Source: a virus
Taxonomy: Duplodnaviria; Caudoviricetes
IMG/VR virus record: IMGVR_UViG_3300001580_000006
Span: 159,465-223,464 of that record
Direction: 5' to 3' (one strand)
DNA length: 64,000 bases
The position numbers and the translations under genes were made by a program. This document shows, piece by piece, positions 1 to 8,981 of this stretch. The notes under the pieces were generated by a model. That model saw nothing but the letters and a program-made list of their open reading frames with translations, searched no databases and was not told the DNA's origin. Every line of letters begins with the position of its first letter. Positions within the stretch are counted from its first letter, which is position 1.

Positions 1-474
1 TTTTGGTGTAAATCTATTGTAGACACTTACTAAGTGCTTGTCACCATACTTTGCTTCGGTGTCGAGTCCTCCTACCTTATCAGCAAGCCATAAGTATAAA
101 GCTGATGCTGCACGAACCGCATCGATGTCATATTGCTCCATATCAGAGTACTTTTCGTGGCTTGGCCATTCTCCAAACAGACGTACGACGTCATCATGGT
201 ATTCCCAGCCACTAGACAGCAGCTCCAGTATCTGCTCAGTAGTAGCCTCGCCCTTAGATAAGTCAGATAACACTATTTCAAGAATGGTGCCATTGGTTGG
301 TATTCTGGAGACATCGTCGTAGTAGTCTGGAGCCGCTATGTATGGCCCATCAAAATCTACTAGTTGCCTAAATAGAATCTTTGATAGTTCTTCTTTGGTA
401 GTTGGAATAGAATCTAGTCCTACCAAAAACCCTGAAGAGGACGAATTTGCTACATGTCTAAGTCTATGCTTCAT
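1..474 (-). CDS. Hypothetical protein with N-terminal K-x-R-x-x-x-V-A-N-S-S-S-S-x-F motif (runs off the window edge)
   Basis: Not in the ORF track. Manual translation from ATG at 474 gives MKHRLRHVANSSSSGFLVGLDSIPTTKEEL..., open to base 1. The N-terminal motif matches that of 1228..1782. Confidence 0.8.
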   Translation of the reverse strand, partial: MKHRLRHVANSSSSGFLVGLDSIPTTKEELSKILFRQLVDFDGPYIAAPDYYDDVSRIPTNGTILEIVLSDLSKGEATTEQILELLSSGWEYHDDVVRLFGEWPSHEKYSDMEQYDIDAVRAASALYLWLADKVGGLDTEAKYGDKHLVSVYNRFTPK

Positions 475-719
475 TTATACCCCATAGTTATAAACCCACC
501 GTCTACCTTACTACCGTTTGCAACAATATGCAGTACTTGCCCGTTTGGCATGCGCAGCTGCAGCTCTTCATGTAGGCCGCCGTGGTCTATAAACTTCTCT
601 ACTGATATTCCATGTTCTTTTAGAATGTCTTCTATAGCGTTAATTCGCTTTAGTTGACCTTTACTAACTTCACCTTCGGTTATCATTGTAGTCTGTTCCT
701 TTACAAGCATGAATAACAA
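471..719 (-). CDS. Hypothetical protein
   Basis: ORF in the co-directional gene string; its stop overlaps the next start. Confidence 0.6.
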   Translation of the reverse strand: MLFMLVKEQTTMITEGEVSKGQLKRINAIEDILKEHGISVEKFIDHGGLHEELQLRMPNGQVLHIVANGSKVDGGFITMGYK

Positions 720-743
720 TATCCTTATTCATTTATCCCATCT

Positions 744-932
744 TTATAGTCTCACCTTCGGACAGTTTTGGTCTAGCACCGCAAGTCTATCCATTACCTT
801 GTTAAACTTACTTTTGGCTTCAGCTAGTCTACTTGATACATGCTCTGCTAAGTTTGCACCGCAGCTAAATTCGTCAAGAATGCTATGATACTCTAAATAG
901 TATCTTCTAGCGTCGGCTTTAAGCTTATTCAT
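744..932 (-). CDS. Hypothetical protein
   Basis: ORF with an AAGGAG RBS. Confidence 0.65.
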   Translation of the reverse strand: MNKLKADARRYYLEYHSILDEFSCGANLAEHVSSRLAEAKSKFNKVMDRLAVLDQNCPKVRL

Positions 933-949
933 GTGCTCTCCTTAGTTAG

Positions 950-980
950 CCCCTGGTAAGGCGTTTTGCCTTACCAGGGG
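950..980 (-). terminator. 13-bp perfect hairpin just downstream of the Ubl gene (terminator or 3' stabiliser)
   Basis: CCCCTGGTAAGGC-gtttt-GCCTTACCAGGGG; no clear U-tract on the minus strand. Confidence 0.55.
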
Positions 981-988
981 TATTTGGC

Positions 989-1210
989 CTACCGACCGCC
1001 GGACACGTCGTCGATCACGGTAACGATGTCGCCAGCCTTGAGGACAGTGCCCTCTTTGGCGGTTTCGCCGTTAACCCGCACAGACGAATTGTACTCCAAC
1101 TCCTGCTTCTGCAGAAATTCGGTCAGAGTAGTACCCGCCTTCACGACGCAGCGCTTCAGACCCTCGGTCAGCCGACCCAGCTGAACGGGAATAGATGTCA
1201 CGTTGCTCAT
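989..1210 (-). CDS. Ubiquitin-like (beta-grasp, ThiS/MoaD-type) protein with C-terminal GG-R
   Basis: VRVNG...LKAGDIVTV beta-grasp signature; ends VSGGR (diglycine masked by one residue); operonic with E1 and JAB. Confidence 0.88.
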   Translation of the reverse strand: MSNVTSIPVQLGRLTEGLKRCVVKAGTTLTEFLQKQELEYNSSVRVNGETAKEGTVLKAGDIVTVIDDVSGGR

Positions 1211-1227
1211 TTTGCTTCCTCTTTGGT

Positions 1228-1782
1228 TTATGGTTTATTGTTAATAGCGGCACCTCGCCGCTTTGGGGGAACATATCCTGCTGGAACTACAGCGATCTCC
1301 ACGCTTTGAACGTCGCCACCTATAGCTATTTGCGCAGAAGTACCATCTGGCATGTAGGCAAGGAATATTGATCCTGGGTTGTCGAAGATTCCTTCACCTG
1401 CTTCTCCTTCCCAGTCCGGTACTTCACCACTTCTAAACAAATAACCGAAACCGCCAAATGTCAGTCCTTTTTTAGCTAGCTCTAGAAATTTGTTGGTTAA
1501 ATCACTGGAGCGAACAGTTGGCATAAAATCGCAACCACCAGCTCTAGTAAGCGGTACTATGGTTGTGCAAACACCAACCTTGTTAGCCCCGAGCATATAC
1601 AGTTCACTAACGTTACCGCACTCATTTCTGAGGTGTATCATCTTGTTATGTAGACGATTACTGATATAAATCGTCTTTCCAGAACGTGAGAAATCGCTCA
1701 GTGTTCTACCTCCTCCACCATCGTCATCATCTATAAAATCTGACGAAGACGAGTTTGCTACGAATCCTAATCTTATCTTCAT
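1228..1782 (-). CDS. GCxxMP paralogue 1 (JAB/MPN-like fold) with N-terminal GFVANSSSS motif
   Basis: RLH...YMLGAN...GGCDFMP...SDLTNKFLELAKKG aligns with five neighbours; extra N-terminal MKIRLGFVANSSSSDF plus an acidic/Gly linker. Confidence 0.75.
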   Translation of the reverse strand: MKIRLGFVANSSSSDFIDDDDGGGGRTLSDFSRSGKTIYISNRLHNKMIHLRNECGNVSELYMLGANKVGVCTTIVPLTRAGGCDFMPTVRSSDLTNKFLELAKKGLTFGGFGYLFRSGEVPDWEGEAGEGIFDNPGSIFLAYMPDGTSAQIAIGGDVQSVEIAVVPAGYVPPKRRGAAINNKP

Positions 1783-2186
1783 ATAACAACTGTTAATCCT
1801 GCTACGATACGGTTATTATTTCGGTTTACTACTCTAACTACAGACCTACCTTTATTGTAAAGGATGAATGGCATTCGTGTGTCATATAACGCACTACCGT
1901 GGTCCGGACTCCAAGCTGTTCTTACTTGTAGGTTACTTTGTACCAAAGCAAATGCTACCGGTTTTGACTTTTTCTTAGCCAGCTCAACATAGGCTTTTGT
2001 AACAGAAGATGAGTGGGCCCCAGGCATAAATTCACACCCTACATCTCGTGCTATAGGCATAAAATTATCTATTATGCCAAGCCTATTAGCTCCTAGTAAG
2101 TATAATACTGCGTATTTATCTGAGTTATCTTCTGACTCCTGCTTAAATACTTTGTGCAGGCCTCTCGATATCTTTAGCTTATCCAT
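1779..2186 (-). CDS. GCxxMP paralogue 2
   Basis: GLH...YLLGAN...VGCEFMP...TKAYVELAKK..P.AFALVQ. Confidence 0.8.
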   Translation of the reverse strand: MDKLKISRGLHKVFKQESEDNSDKYAVLYLLGANRLGIIDNFMPIARDVGCEFMPGAHSSSVTKAYVELAKKKSKPVAFALVQSNLQVRTAWSPDHGSALYDTRMPFILYNKGRSVVRVVNRNNNRIVAGLTVVI

Positions 2187-2589
2187 TAACTACTCGCAAT
2201 CTTATACTATTAATGCTACTGTTGCTACTTATTCTTGCTGCATGCCTGCCTCTGTTGTAATATATAAACGGTATTTTAGACTTATACAGGGCTGTGCCTT
2301 GCATCACTTGGTACCCTGGCTTTTTCTTACTTATTGTTCCTTGAATAACTGCTAAAGCGCACGGCGCTAGACTTATATTGGCTAGACGCATATATGCGGT
2401 GGTCATTCCTTGAATACTTGCTTCTGGCATCCAGGCACATCCACGGGTTGTAATAGGTACGCTAGTGCTTCTAATTATTACCCCATCGGTATTCTTTCCT
2501 AACAAGTATATTACAGTTTCAGGCGAGTTTTTAGCAGAGGTAGACTTCAGTCTCTCATGCAACTTCTTGGTAATAATTAGCTTATTCAT
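2179..2589 (-). CDS. GCxxMP paralogue 3
   Basis: KLH...YLLGKN...RGCAWMP...TTAYMRL...PCALAVIQ. Confidence 0.8.
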   Translation of the reverse strand: MNKLIITKKLHERLKSTSAKNSPETVIYLLGKNTDGVIIRSTSVPITTRGCAWMPEASIQGMTTAYMRLANISLAPCALAVIQGTISKKKPGYQVMQGTALYKSKIPFIYYNRGRHAARISSNSSINSIRLRVVNG

Positions 2590-2984
2590 ACTGTTTCAAC
2601 AACGAATGATTCTGTAATACTACCATTGTACTGCCTGGCTATATGCTCTCCAGTACGATAGAACAAGAACGGTATCTTTAATCTAAACAAGTCTAAACCA
2701 TGGAAAGAATAGTTTCCTACTTCTTTAGCACCGCGATATTGAATAACTGCTAAGGCGCAGGGTTTTCTACCTTTCTTTACAAGGGTGATGTAGGCGTCTG
2801 TTATGGTTCTAACTGTTACGCTTGGCATCCATCCACATCCTATATTTCCATTACGTAAAGCCACAGAGTCAACAATCGTTCCTGCCCTGTTTTTGCCCAA
2901 GAGGAAAAGCTTTCTGCCATTCGGATGATCGGCAGAATACTTTTTAAGCTTGTTGTGCAAATTCTTCTTTATTTTTAGCTGCAT
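2586..2984 (-). CDS. GCxxMP paralogue 4
   Basis: NLH...FLLGKN...IGCGWMP...TDAYITLVKKG..PCALAVIQ. Confidence 0.8.
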   Translation of the reverse strand: MQLKIKKNLHNKLKKYSADHPNGRKLFLLGKNRAGTIVDSVALRNGNIGCGWMPSVTVRTITDAYITLVKKGRKPCALAVIQYRGAKEVGNYSFHGLDLFRLKIPFLFYRTGEHIARQYNGSITESFVVETV

Positions 2985-3384
2985 TGTCTTTCAAATATAA
3001 TCTTGTTGGTGTGTGAACAAAGCCGACGGTTTTCATAGCCTTTGCTGCACCAGCTTCGTAGTACAGTACTGGGAGCCTTAGCTTTACAAATCCTTCTCCA
3101 ATTTCTGGTCTCCACCCCGGCTTTCTCCCGCCTTCGTTATTTTGTACAACTGCTAGCGCTCTTGGCCTAAAGCCTAAGTTTGTAACTTTTAGATAGGTTT
3201 TAGTTAACAGCGTACTGGATAAGTGTGGCATAGACCAGCAACCATCATCAGTATCCATTAAGTCGCAACGTATAGATACGCTGCCGTGGTTTGAAGATAA
3301 TAAATAAGCTTTAGCGGCTCGCTCATTAGCCAAAGACTCTTTCTTCAGCAGTTTGTGAAGCTCTCTAGATAGTTTAATGCTCAT
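2944..3384 (-). CDS. GCxxMP paralogue 5
   Basis: ELH...YLLSSN...DGCWSMP...TKTYLKV...PRALAVVQ. Confidence 0.8.
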   Translation of the reverse strand: MSIKLSRELHKLLKKESLANERAAKAYLLSSNHGSVSIRCDLMDTDDGCWSMPHLSSTLLTKTYLKVTNLGFRPRALAVVQNNEGGRKPGWRPEIGEGFVKLRLPVLYYEAGAAKAMKTVGFVHTPTRLYLKDNAAKNKEEFAQQA

Positions 3385-3788
3385 TTGATTTTCGTTATTT
3401 TTACTGCTGCTGCTCGTGGCTTTCCATTTGTAAAGACTCTGCCAACGTGCCTACCAGCACGATAATATAGGATGGGAAGCCCCATCCTACCGATATAGCT
3501 CCCTTGTGTTCCAGACCAGCCGGCTTTGATTGTGTTGCGCTGCGCTTGCACTACGGCTAAACCGCTTGGAGTCATATTCTTTTTAGCCAGTGCTATATAT
3601 ATTTGCGTTAAATCGCTAGACTTTACGCCAGGCATCCAACTGCAGCCGTTCCCAGTACTCGGCAGGCTGTGAGCAGCTGTCAATATTCCTTTATCATTAT
3701 CGGTAAGAACGAATAGCATTGCCCTATCTATGGTTCTCCTAGACATTTCTTTGAGACCATTATGTAGAGCTTTATCTATTTTTATCAT
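3381..3788 (-). CDS. GCxxMP paralogue 6
   Basis: ALH...FVLTDN...NGCSWMP...SDLTQIYIALAKK..PSGLAVVQ. Confidence 0.8.
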   Translation of the reverse strand: MIKIDKALHNGLKEMSRRTIDRAMLFVLTDNDKGILTAAHSLPSTGNGCSWMPGVKSSDLTQIYIALAKKNMTPSGLAVVQAQRNTIKAGWSGTQGSYIGRMGLPILYYRAGRHVGRVFTNGKPRAAAVKITKIK

Positions 3789-4459
3789 GCCGTTAACATT
3801 AGCGACCTTTGGTCTAAGAAAGTCATGTTGAAGATAACCTCGGTCGGGGTTGGCTGATTCATAGCAACGCCTTTGTAAACTCTGCTTATCAAGCTGGACA
3901 ACATAAGGACGTTATATATGATTGCTTTGTTAGTGCATCGCTGAGGCGGCACTTTGTCGTCAGAATAAAGCCGTGACTCGTAGAACTTCGCCTTATCGTC
4001 CGGAACTTTGCCGCCAGATTTGGCAAGGGTGTAGACCATACCCAGCTCAGCGCCCATTCTAGCCTCAATATATAACTGAGCAGCCGGCTGCTTTTTGAAC
4101 TGCTCCCAGACCATCTTCCTTGAAGACATTGAATCTGTAGCTACAATAACCACCGGTTTGAGCGGCTGATCTTTATAGAAGCGAATCTGCGGAAGTATTT
4201 TGGTGTCAGTAAACTCGCCCATAATATCAGCCAGAGCGTTCACCTTAAACTTCTTAAGGTCTTGGTGCCGAAAGAATTGGTTGGGCAAATTAACATCGGA
4301 AACGCCGTCCTCGTCGAAGATCTCTATTACCTTCGCCCCCATCTTTCCAATGGCTAAAGCAGTAAAACTGCCAACCGACCCGGAGCCGATAATGGTTATG
4401 GAGGAGTCGTTGCGACCAACCTTGAAAATGTCGGCTTGTCTAGTTCTGTCTAGGCTCAT
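3785..4459 (-). CDS. ThiF/E1-family Ubl-activating adenylyltransferase
   Basis: N-terminal RQ, IIGSGSVGS nucleotide-binding loop, D.DGVSDVNLPNQ, KFKV, VATDSMSSR, candidate catalytic Cys in QRCTNKA; no Zn-binding CxxC pairs. Confidence 0.9.
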   Translation of the reverse strand: MSLDRTRQADIFKVGRNDSSITIIGSGSVGSFTALAIGKMGAKVIEIFDEDGVSDVNLPNQFFRHQDLKKFKVNALADIMGEFTDTKILPQIRFYKDQPLKPVVIVATDSMSSRKMVWEQFKKQPAAQLYIEARMGAELGMVYTLAKSGGKVPDDKAKFYESRLYSDDKVPPQRCTNKAIIYNVLMLSSLISRVYKGVAMNQPTPTEVIFNMTFLDQRSLMLTA

Positions 4460-5172
4460 AGGTTATCACCGTCCATTTCTGAGAGGTATGCCTCCAGCTC
4501 TCTTTGGTTCATGAATTCACCGTACCGTGGAACTCTCCTATACTGACCTCCGCGGAACTCCACTGGACCTTCTTCTCCATGGGGGTACCCGCGCGGGGTC
4601 CGGTAGTGTACTGCCGGCGCAAAGGCTTCATAGGTAACCTTCTGCTGCACTTCGAGTTTGCAGGCCTGCAGCATACTGTTGCTGATTAGGCTCTCCACCT
4701 CGATTTTCAGCTCGGAGACCAACTTCCCGTTCTTGTCGATTCTGCCTACCATATCGCCTTTGGCGTTGATGCAGATTGAATACAGCTTTGAGGATTTTGA
4801 TAGCTTGGCAATGGTAGCTTCATCCTCGCCAGAAAAGAACGCAGTCATTGTGCCGTGGCTATGCCACCATAGGTTCCACTCTGCTGGATTCTGCTTCTCT
4901 TTTACCAGATGCAAATACCAGGCTGTTAGATCGTCTCCGTGCAAAGTGGTGTGGACGGAGTTGACCTTCTGTTTGAAGATCTGCGCGTCCAGCACGGTTA
5001 CTTGAGTTAGGTCTTTTTTGAAGATAAGCTTGGTTCGGGCAAACCCGCTTATCTCACCCTCTGAAACCCGGGCAAAGGACAGCATCCTCTGATAAACGTG
5101 CAGAGGGAGCTGAATGTTCATTTCGCGACCGTCTACCATCGCATTCTCCACCTGCTTGATTCTGGTTTTCAT
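4456..5172 (-). CDS. JAB/MPN+ metalloprotease (Ubl-processing / deubiquitinase-like)
   Basis: EISGF plus WWHSHGTMTAFFSGED = E...HxH-x7-S-x2-D JAMM motif. Confidence 0.9.
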   Translation of the reverse strand: MKTRIKQVENAMVDGREMNIQLPLHVYQRMLSFARVSEGEISGFARTKLIFKKDLTQVTVLDAQIFKQKVNSVHTTLHGDDLTAWYLHLVKEKQNPAEWNLWWHSHGTMTAFFSGEDEATIAKLSKSSKLYSICINAKGDMVGRIDKNGKLVSELKIEVESLISNSMLQACKLEVQQKVTYEAFAPAVHYRTPRGYPHGEEGPVEFRGGQYRRVPRYGEFMNQRELEAYLSEMDGDNL

Positions 5173-6263
5173 TTACCGTACTCCAATTCGTAGATTTGAC
5201 AGTGGCGACAGTTGTTTTTATCGCAACTGCCTATATTAGCTTCTCTGAATTTAATGGTTTCTTTGTTCAGCCAGACGTCCTTCATAAAACTGTCTGCTTT
5301 AAGGACATCCACGCCGACCCAGCCCTTAACTCCCTCAGTAAATGAGCACGGAAAGCCTATTCCTTCAACATTAATGTAGTAGCTGAATAGGGTACTTTCA
5401 CAGCTCTCCGCCAGCCTCTCATATCTGTCGTATTTTTCGTGCCCCTGAACGGCATCTAGGAAGAAGGGAGCCGAGCATGAATCGAAGCCAAACGGAACGC
5501 CCTTCGATATCGCGGTATTTACCAGCCGGACATACTTTTCCTTATTAGAAACTTGGTGGAAGACGTTACGGTCTCCTTTCGGTTTAAGCCATAGGAATAC
5601 TATAGCACCGATTTTGTCTAAACGTCTGTCATTTCGCACCAAGCTACCACTCTTAGTTGTACCACCGATTATTGGACTAGCGTCGTCTAGTGCAGCCATG
5701 CATCTATCATAGGTCTCATCTGATAGAAGCATGTGGATGTTGACCTGCTCCAGACCTAATTTTGATAGCTTCTCTACTGCGTTGTAGCAAGTGTCTGTGT
5801 TATAATTGGATACCGCTACGGCTCCACACAGCTTGACCAGCATTTGCGCATTTTCGTCGGTTAGGCCAGTTCCGTTAATGGTAACGTTTGGTACTACTTT
5901 GTTTTGCCGGCAGTACTCAAAGATTTTCCACATGTCTGGGTTGGCATTTATATCGCCAATACCAAAAGCTATTTGAGTCAGGGTTTTTGGGAACTTGTCG
6001 AACATGATTTTAAAGTCGTCGAACGACATGTAGGACCCCTGGCCAGTGTTGGACTTATAGCACCAGGCACAACCCTGATTACAGATAGTTGATATCTCAA
6101 TGTCCATAATTTCGGGGCCAAAGGGACTATGAGTTGGGTCGTCTTCCTTAGTTTTACCCCAGCGTGCAAAGTATCCTGTCTTGGTGTCAAACAGGTAGTT
6201 GTACTCTGGAGAGTTAAGGATTCTTATTCGACCATCTTTGTTTTCGGTAATAAAGTAGTTCAT
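5169..6263 (-). CDS. Radical SAM protein with SPASM/twitch-type C-terminal domain
   Basis: CNQGCAWCY (CxxxCxxC), NVTING, C-terminal CES...FPCSF...CRHC. Confidence 0.9.
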   Translation of the reverse strand: MNYFITENKDGRIRILNSPEYNYLFDTKTGYFARWGKTKEDDPTHSPFGPEIMDIEISTICNQGCAWCYKSNTGQGSYMSFDDFKIMFDKFPKTLTQIAFGIGDINANPDMWKIFEYCRQNKVVPNVTINGTGLTDENAQMLVKLCGAVAVSNYNTDTCYNAVEKLSKLGLEQVNIHMLLSDETYDRCMAALDDASPIIGGTTKSGSLVRNDRRLDKIGAIVFLWLKPKGDRNVFHQVSNKEKYVRLVNTAISKGVPFGFDSCSAPFFLDAVQGHEKYDRYERLAESCESTLFSYYINVEGIGFPCSFTEGVKGWVGVDVLKADSFMKDVWLNKETIKFREANIGSCDKNNCRHCQIYELEYGK

Positions 6264-6541
6264 TATAAATCCATAGCTTTGTTAAGTGTTACCATAAGTA
6301 TAAAGAAACATGTTATAACATATGGGAAGAACCACCAATCAAACGGATCCTTTGCACAAAACACCTTTGTTGGTATAAAAAAGAATACCCAGAACTCACC
6401 AACTACTATGATAAACATAATAGTATTAGATATCTGCTTCTTATGGCTATTGGCCCAACTAGATATTGTAGATATCATCGACGAGGCGTTGCTGCCTATT
6501 GTCTTAAGTAGCAGCCACAGTGGATTTTTCCACATAATCAT
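6263..6541 (-). CDS. Small membrane protein
   Basis: Two hydrophobic segments. Confidence 0.55.
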   Translation of the reverse strand: MIMWKNPLWLLLKTIGSNASSMISTISSWANSHKKQISNTIMFIIVVGEFWVFFFIPTKVFCAKDPFDWWFFPYVITCFFILMVTLNKAMDL

Positions 6542-6813
6542 AATTCTTTCCCCTATTATAAATGTGTTTGTCTTGGAGAGGTTGCGGACTCAGACCGCTG
6601 CTGTGCATCAAACTCAAAGCATAGAGATTTGGCCTTGTGACCTTTTGCTTGTTTAATCTGAGTAGTCTAAATTGGACTACTCACAGCACCAATCCTCACT
6701 CCCGTAATTAATAGTGCGAGCATTTGGGATGGAAGCGTCCCAAAACCCAGGCAGAACGCGTCTTATTATTTGACCACCGTAAACTGCCCTAATCGTAGGT
6801 GGCCGCGATTTTC

Positions 6814-8529
6814 CTACTTTACCGAGAGTTTATACACCTTCTTACCTGAAATGGCTAGTACAGTGCATCCATTGCTATGCAGTCTAAATGTAGAATCCAC
6901 TGCCGGATCATTTATAACTCGGCCGGACTTTGGGGCTTTGTTGGTATTAGTGATTTCTATGTCGCCATTCTCGTTCATCGAGACTAGTATTCCGTTATCA
7001 AGAACAGTCGAGTTTATATCGTAGTTGCCGCCGACATCCTCCTTAACCCAACTTACTGGAGTTGAGTAGTCAAACGGAAACACAAATGTCCATAAATCAT
7101 ATCGGCCGTTTAGGAAGCCAATTATTTGAAGCACTTTCTTCTCTTGTTTCATAGAGACAATGCGATAGTCGCGTAGCTCTGGTAGCTGTCTATACAGACT
7201 TGCCGTCTGGCCGTTCTTTTTGTAAGTGATTAGGATATACGGCATTCCAAGAACGTTCTGATAGACTACTCCATTATAGAGAGTGGTGGCATGCTCAAGT
7301 ACGTCCCAGGACATACCCACTGACGCTATGTTCTTCTTTCCAACTTTGTCGAACACTAGCTCCATCAATTTGGTTTTATACTTAACTAAGACAACACCGT
7401 TAGAAGTTGTTATATCATCGGCTCTGAAGCTATGAGCTACACTCTCTAACCCATTTGAGATTGTAAGTGGGCAGTCGTTGGCATTCCTTTTGCCAACCAA
7501 AATGGTTTCATTCACATTGTTCTTAGAAACCACTACTTTGTCATTGGTGTAGCTAATCTGCGGCCCACGCACTAACCCACGATTTATATAGAGCTCTGTT
7601 ATCACATCGCCATACTCGCTTATGAATAAGGCTGGCGAGTCGAACTCTGCCAATTCTTCAATCATTAGTAATGTACCAACCACTTTCTGTATAACGATAG
7701 TTGGTATAATATAGGTGCCGGGCTTTGCCGGCGGGGCGACCCTTTTGCCTTCCTTCAGTACGGCTCGATACCACTGAGCCCAACTAGTTGGAATTCCAGA
7801 GATTGGGCGCATGGTTTTAGGAAGAGATACCCCCTTATCAAACACCGAGGCATTAGCCTTCATTCTGCCTTCTATATCATTTCTGGCAAACTTTGGGTGG
7901 GTTCCCTTATAGGGATGAATGCCAGTAAACATCTGAAATGATACTACTGCGAACGAGAACCAATCGCTGCCTTCGTTAAATCCTTTGGTATGCCAATCGC
8001 GTATGGATGGCATAATGGCTGTAGCTGGAAAATTTCTCGTTTGATAGCTATCAACATCGATGAAGTACACTCTTCTATTGGCTTCATTGAACAGATAGTT
8101 AAACTCGTTTCCATCTACTATTAGGATGTCTCTGCTGTGAACAGCACAAATGGTAGTAGCCATCTCTGTGGCCATAGTAAGAATGTTTCCGGTGTTTATG
8201 CCCATACGCCCAATGTAGTCATTGGTAAAGATTTTACATAAGGCTACTGCGCCATCTACGAAATAGTAAACATAGCCAACTAACTCGTTGTGTTTGTTGT
8301 ATATAGCACGTAGTGGGTACATCACAGCAGGTCTGGCTGCCTCTAAACTAGTCAATTCTCTAGCCTTAGCTATTGGTATAGCCCTAGCTGGCTTGTGGTA
8401 TATTTTGTAGGCAAAATCACCCTTACGATATACTCTACCTTCTCCGCCCTCACTAACGAAATCCCTGTCGGTTAGGTTAATATCCCCAACGTCATTTGTG
8501 GAGATGACATCGCGTATTGAGTAAATCAT
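6814..8529 (-). CDS. Ser/Thr protein kinase (YegI / TerY-P-triad type) with beta-rich C-terminal domain
   Basis: GGEGRVY G-loop, AYKIY, VDGNEFNYL catalytic loop, FIDVDSYQ, SDWFSFAV..FQMFTGIHPYKG. Confidence 0.85.
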   Translation of the reverse strand: MIYSIRDVISTNDVGDINLTDRDFVSEGGEGRVYRKGDFAYKIYHKPARAIPIAKARELTSLEAARPAVMYPLRAIYNKHNELVGYVYYFVDGAVALCKIFTNDYIGRMGINTGNILTMATEMATTICAVHSRDILIVDGNEFNYLFNEANRRVYFIDVDSYQTRNFPATAIMPSIRDWHTKGFNEGSDWFSFAVVSFQMFTGIHPYKGTHPKFARNDIEGRMKANASVFDKGVSLPKTMRPISGIPTSWAQWYRAVLKEGKRVAPPAKPGTYIIPTIVIQKVVGTLLMIEELAEFDSPALFISEYGDVITELYINRGLVRGPQISYTNDKVVVSKNNVNETILVGKRNANDCPLTISNGLESVAHSFRADDITTSNGVVLVKYKTKLMELVFDKVGKKNIASVGMSWDVLEHATTLYNGVVYQNVLGMPYILITYKKNGQTASLYRQLPELRDYRIVSMKQEKKVLQIIGFLNGRYDLWTFVFPFDYSTPVSWVKEDVGGNYDINSTVLDNGILVSMNENGDIEITNTNKAPKSGRVINDPAVDSTFRLHSNGCTVLAISGKKVYKLSVK

Positions 8530-8972
8530 ATTCTAGTGCTCAGTAGGTGCGTCCATGCATCTTTTATTATTTTGAGGTGGTCAAATGCTAATTCTACTGT
8601 TCCGTTCATTATATCGTCTAGCGCAAACGACTTTATATCGGCTGCATCTGACTCAGCACTAAGCTTTAGATTACTGGTAGAGGCATGCACAAACGACGTA
8701 GTTATATATCGTCCTCTGAGATCTCTATCCGCTTTTGAATACGTATGAACTTGCCGAAGCTCTACTATAGAGACGGTTATTCCAGTTTCCTCTTTTAGCT
8801 CTCTAATAGCAGCATCTTCAAGGGTTTCCCCTTCGTCCAAATGGCCACCTGGAAGCGCCCACTTACCTTTAAATGGATCATACTTGCGCTTGATAAGCAC
8901 AACTTTTGCAAGTGGCCCTATTAGTTCGAATACAACGATGTCAACAGTGTTTACTGCTATTGGTTTAGTCAT
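8526..8972 (-). CDS. Nudix hydrolase (ADP-ribose pyrophosphatase / NrtR-like)
   Basis: Nudix box GGHLDEGETLEDAAIRELKEETG; WALPGG, RDLRGRYIT, LAFDH. Confidence 0.9.
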   Translation of the reverse strand: MTKPIAVNTVDIVVFELIGPLAKVVLIKRKYDPFKGKWALPGGHLDEGETLEDAAIRELKEETGITVSIVELRQVHTYSKADRDLRGRYITTSFVHASTSNLKLSAESDAADIKSFALDDIMNGTVELAFDHLKIIKDAWTHLLSTRI

Positions 8973-8981
8973 ATTATCTTA

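Noticed and set aside
968-991. Functional amber read-through of the Ubl (GGR-TAG-AKYPW-TAA)
   Set aside because: Possible with the suppressor, but JAB cleavage after GG would remove it. There is no evidence of function.
989-6263. Canonical E2 or a ThiS/MoaD cofactor-biosynthesis operon
   Set aside because: No E2 (HPN...C) motif was recognised, and there are no thiG/moaE-type genes in the window.
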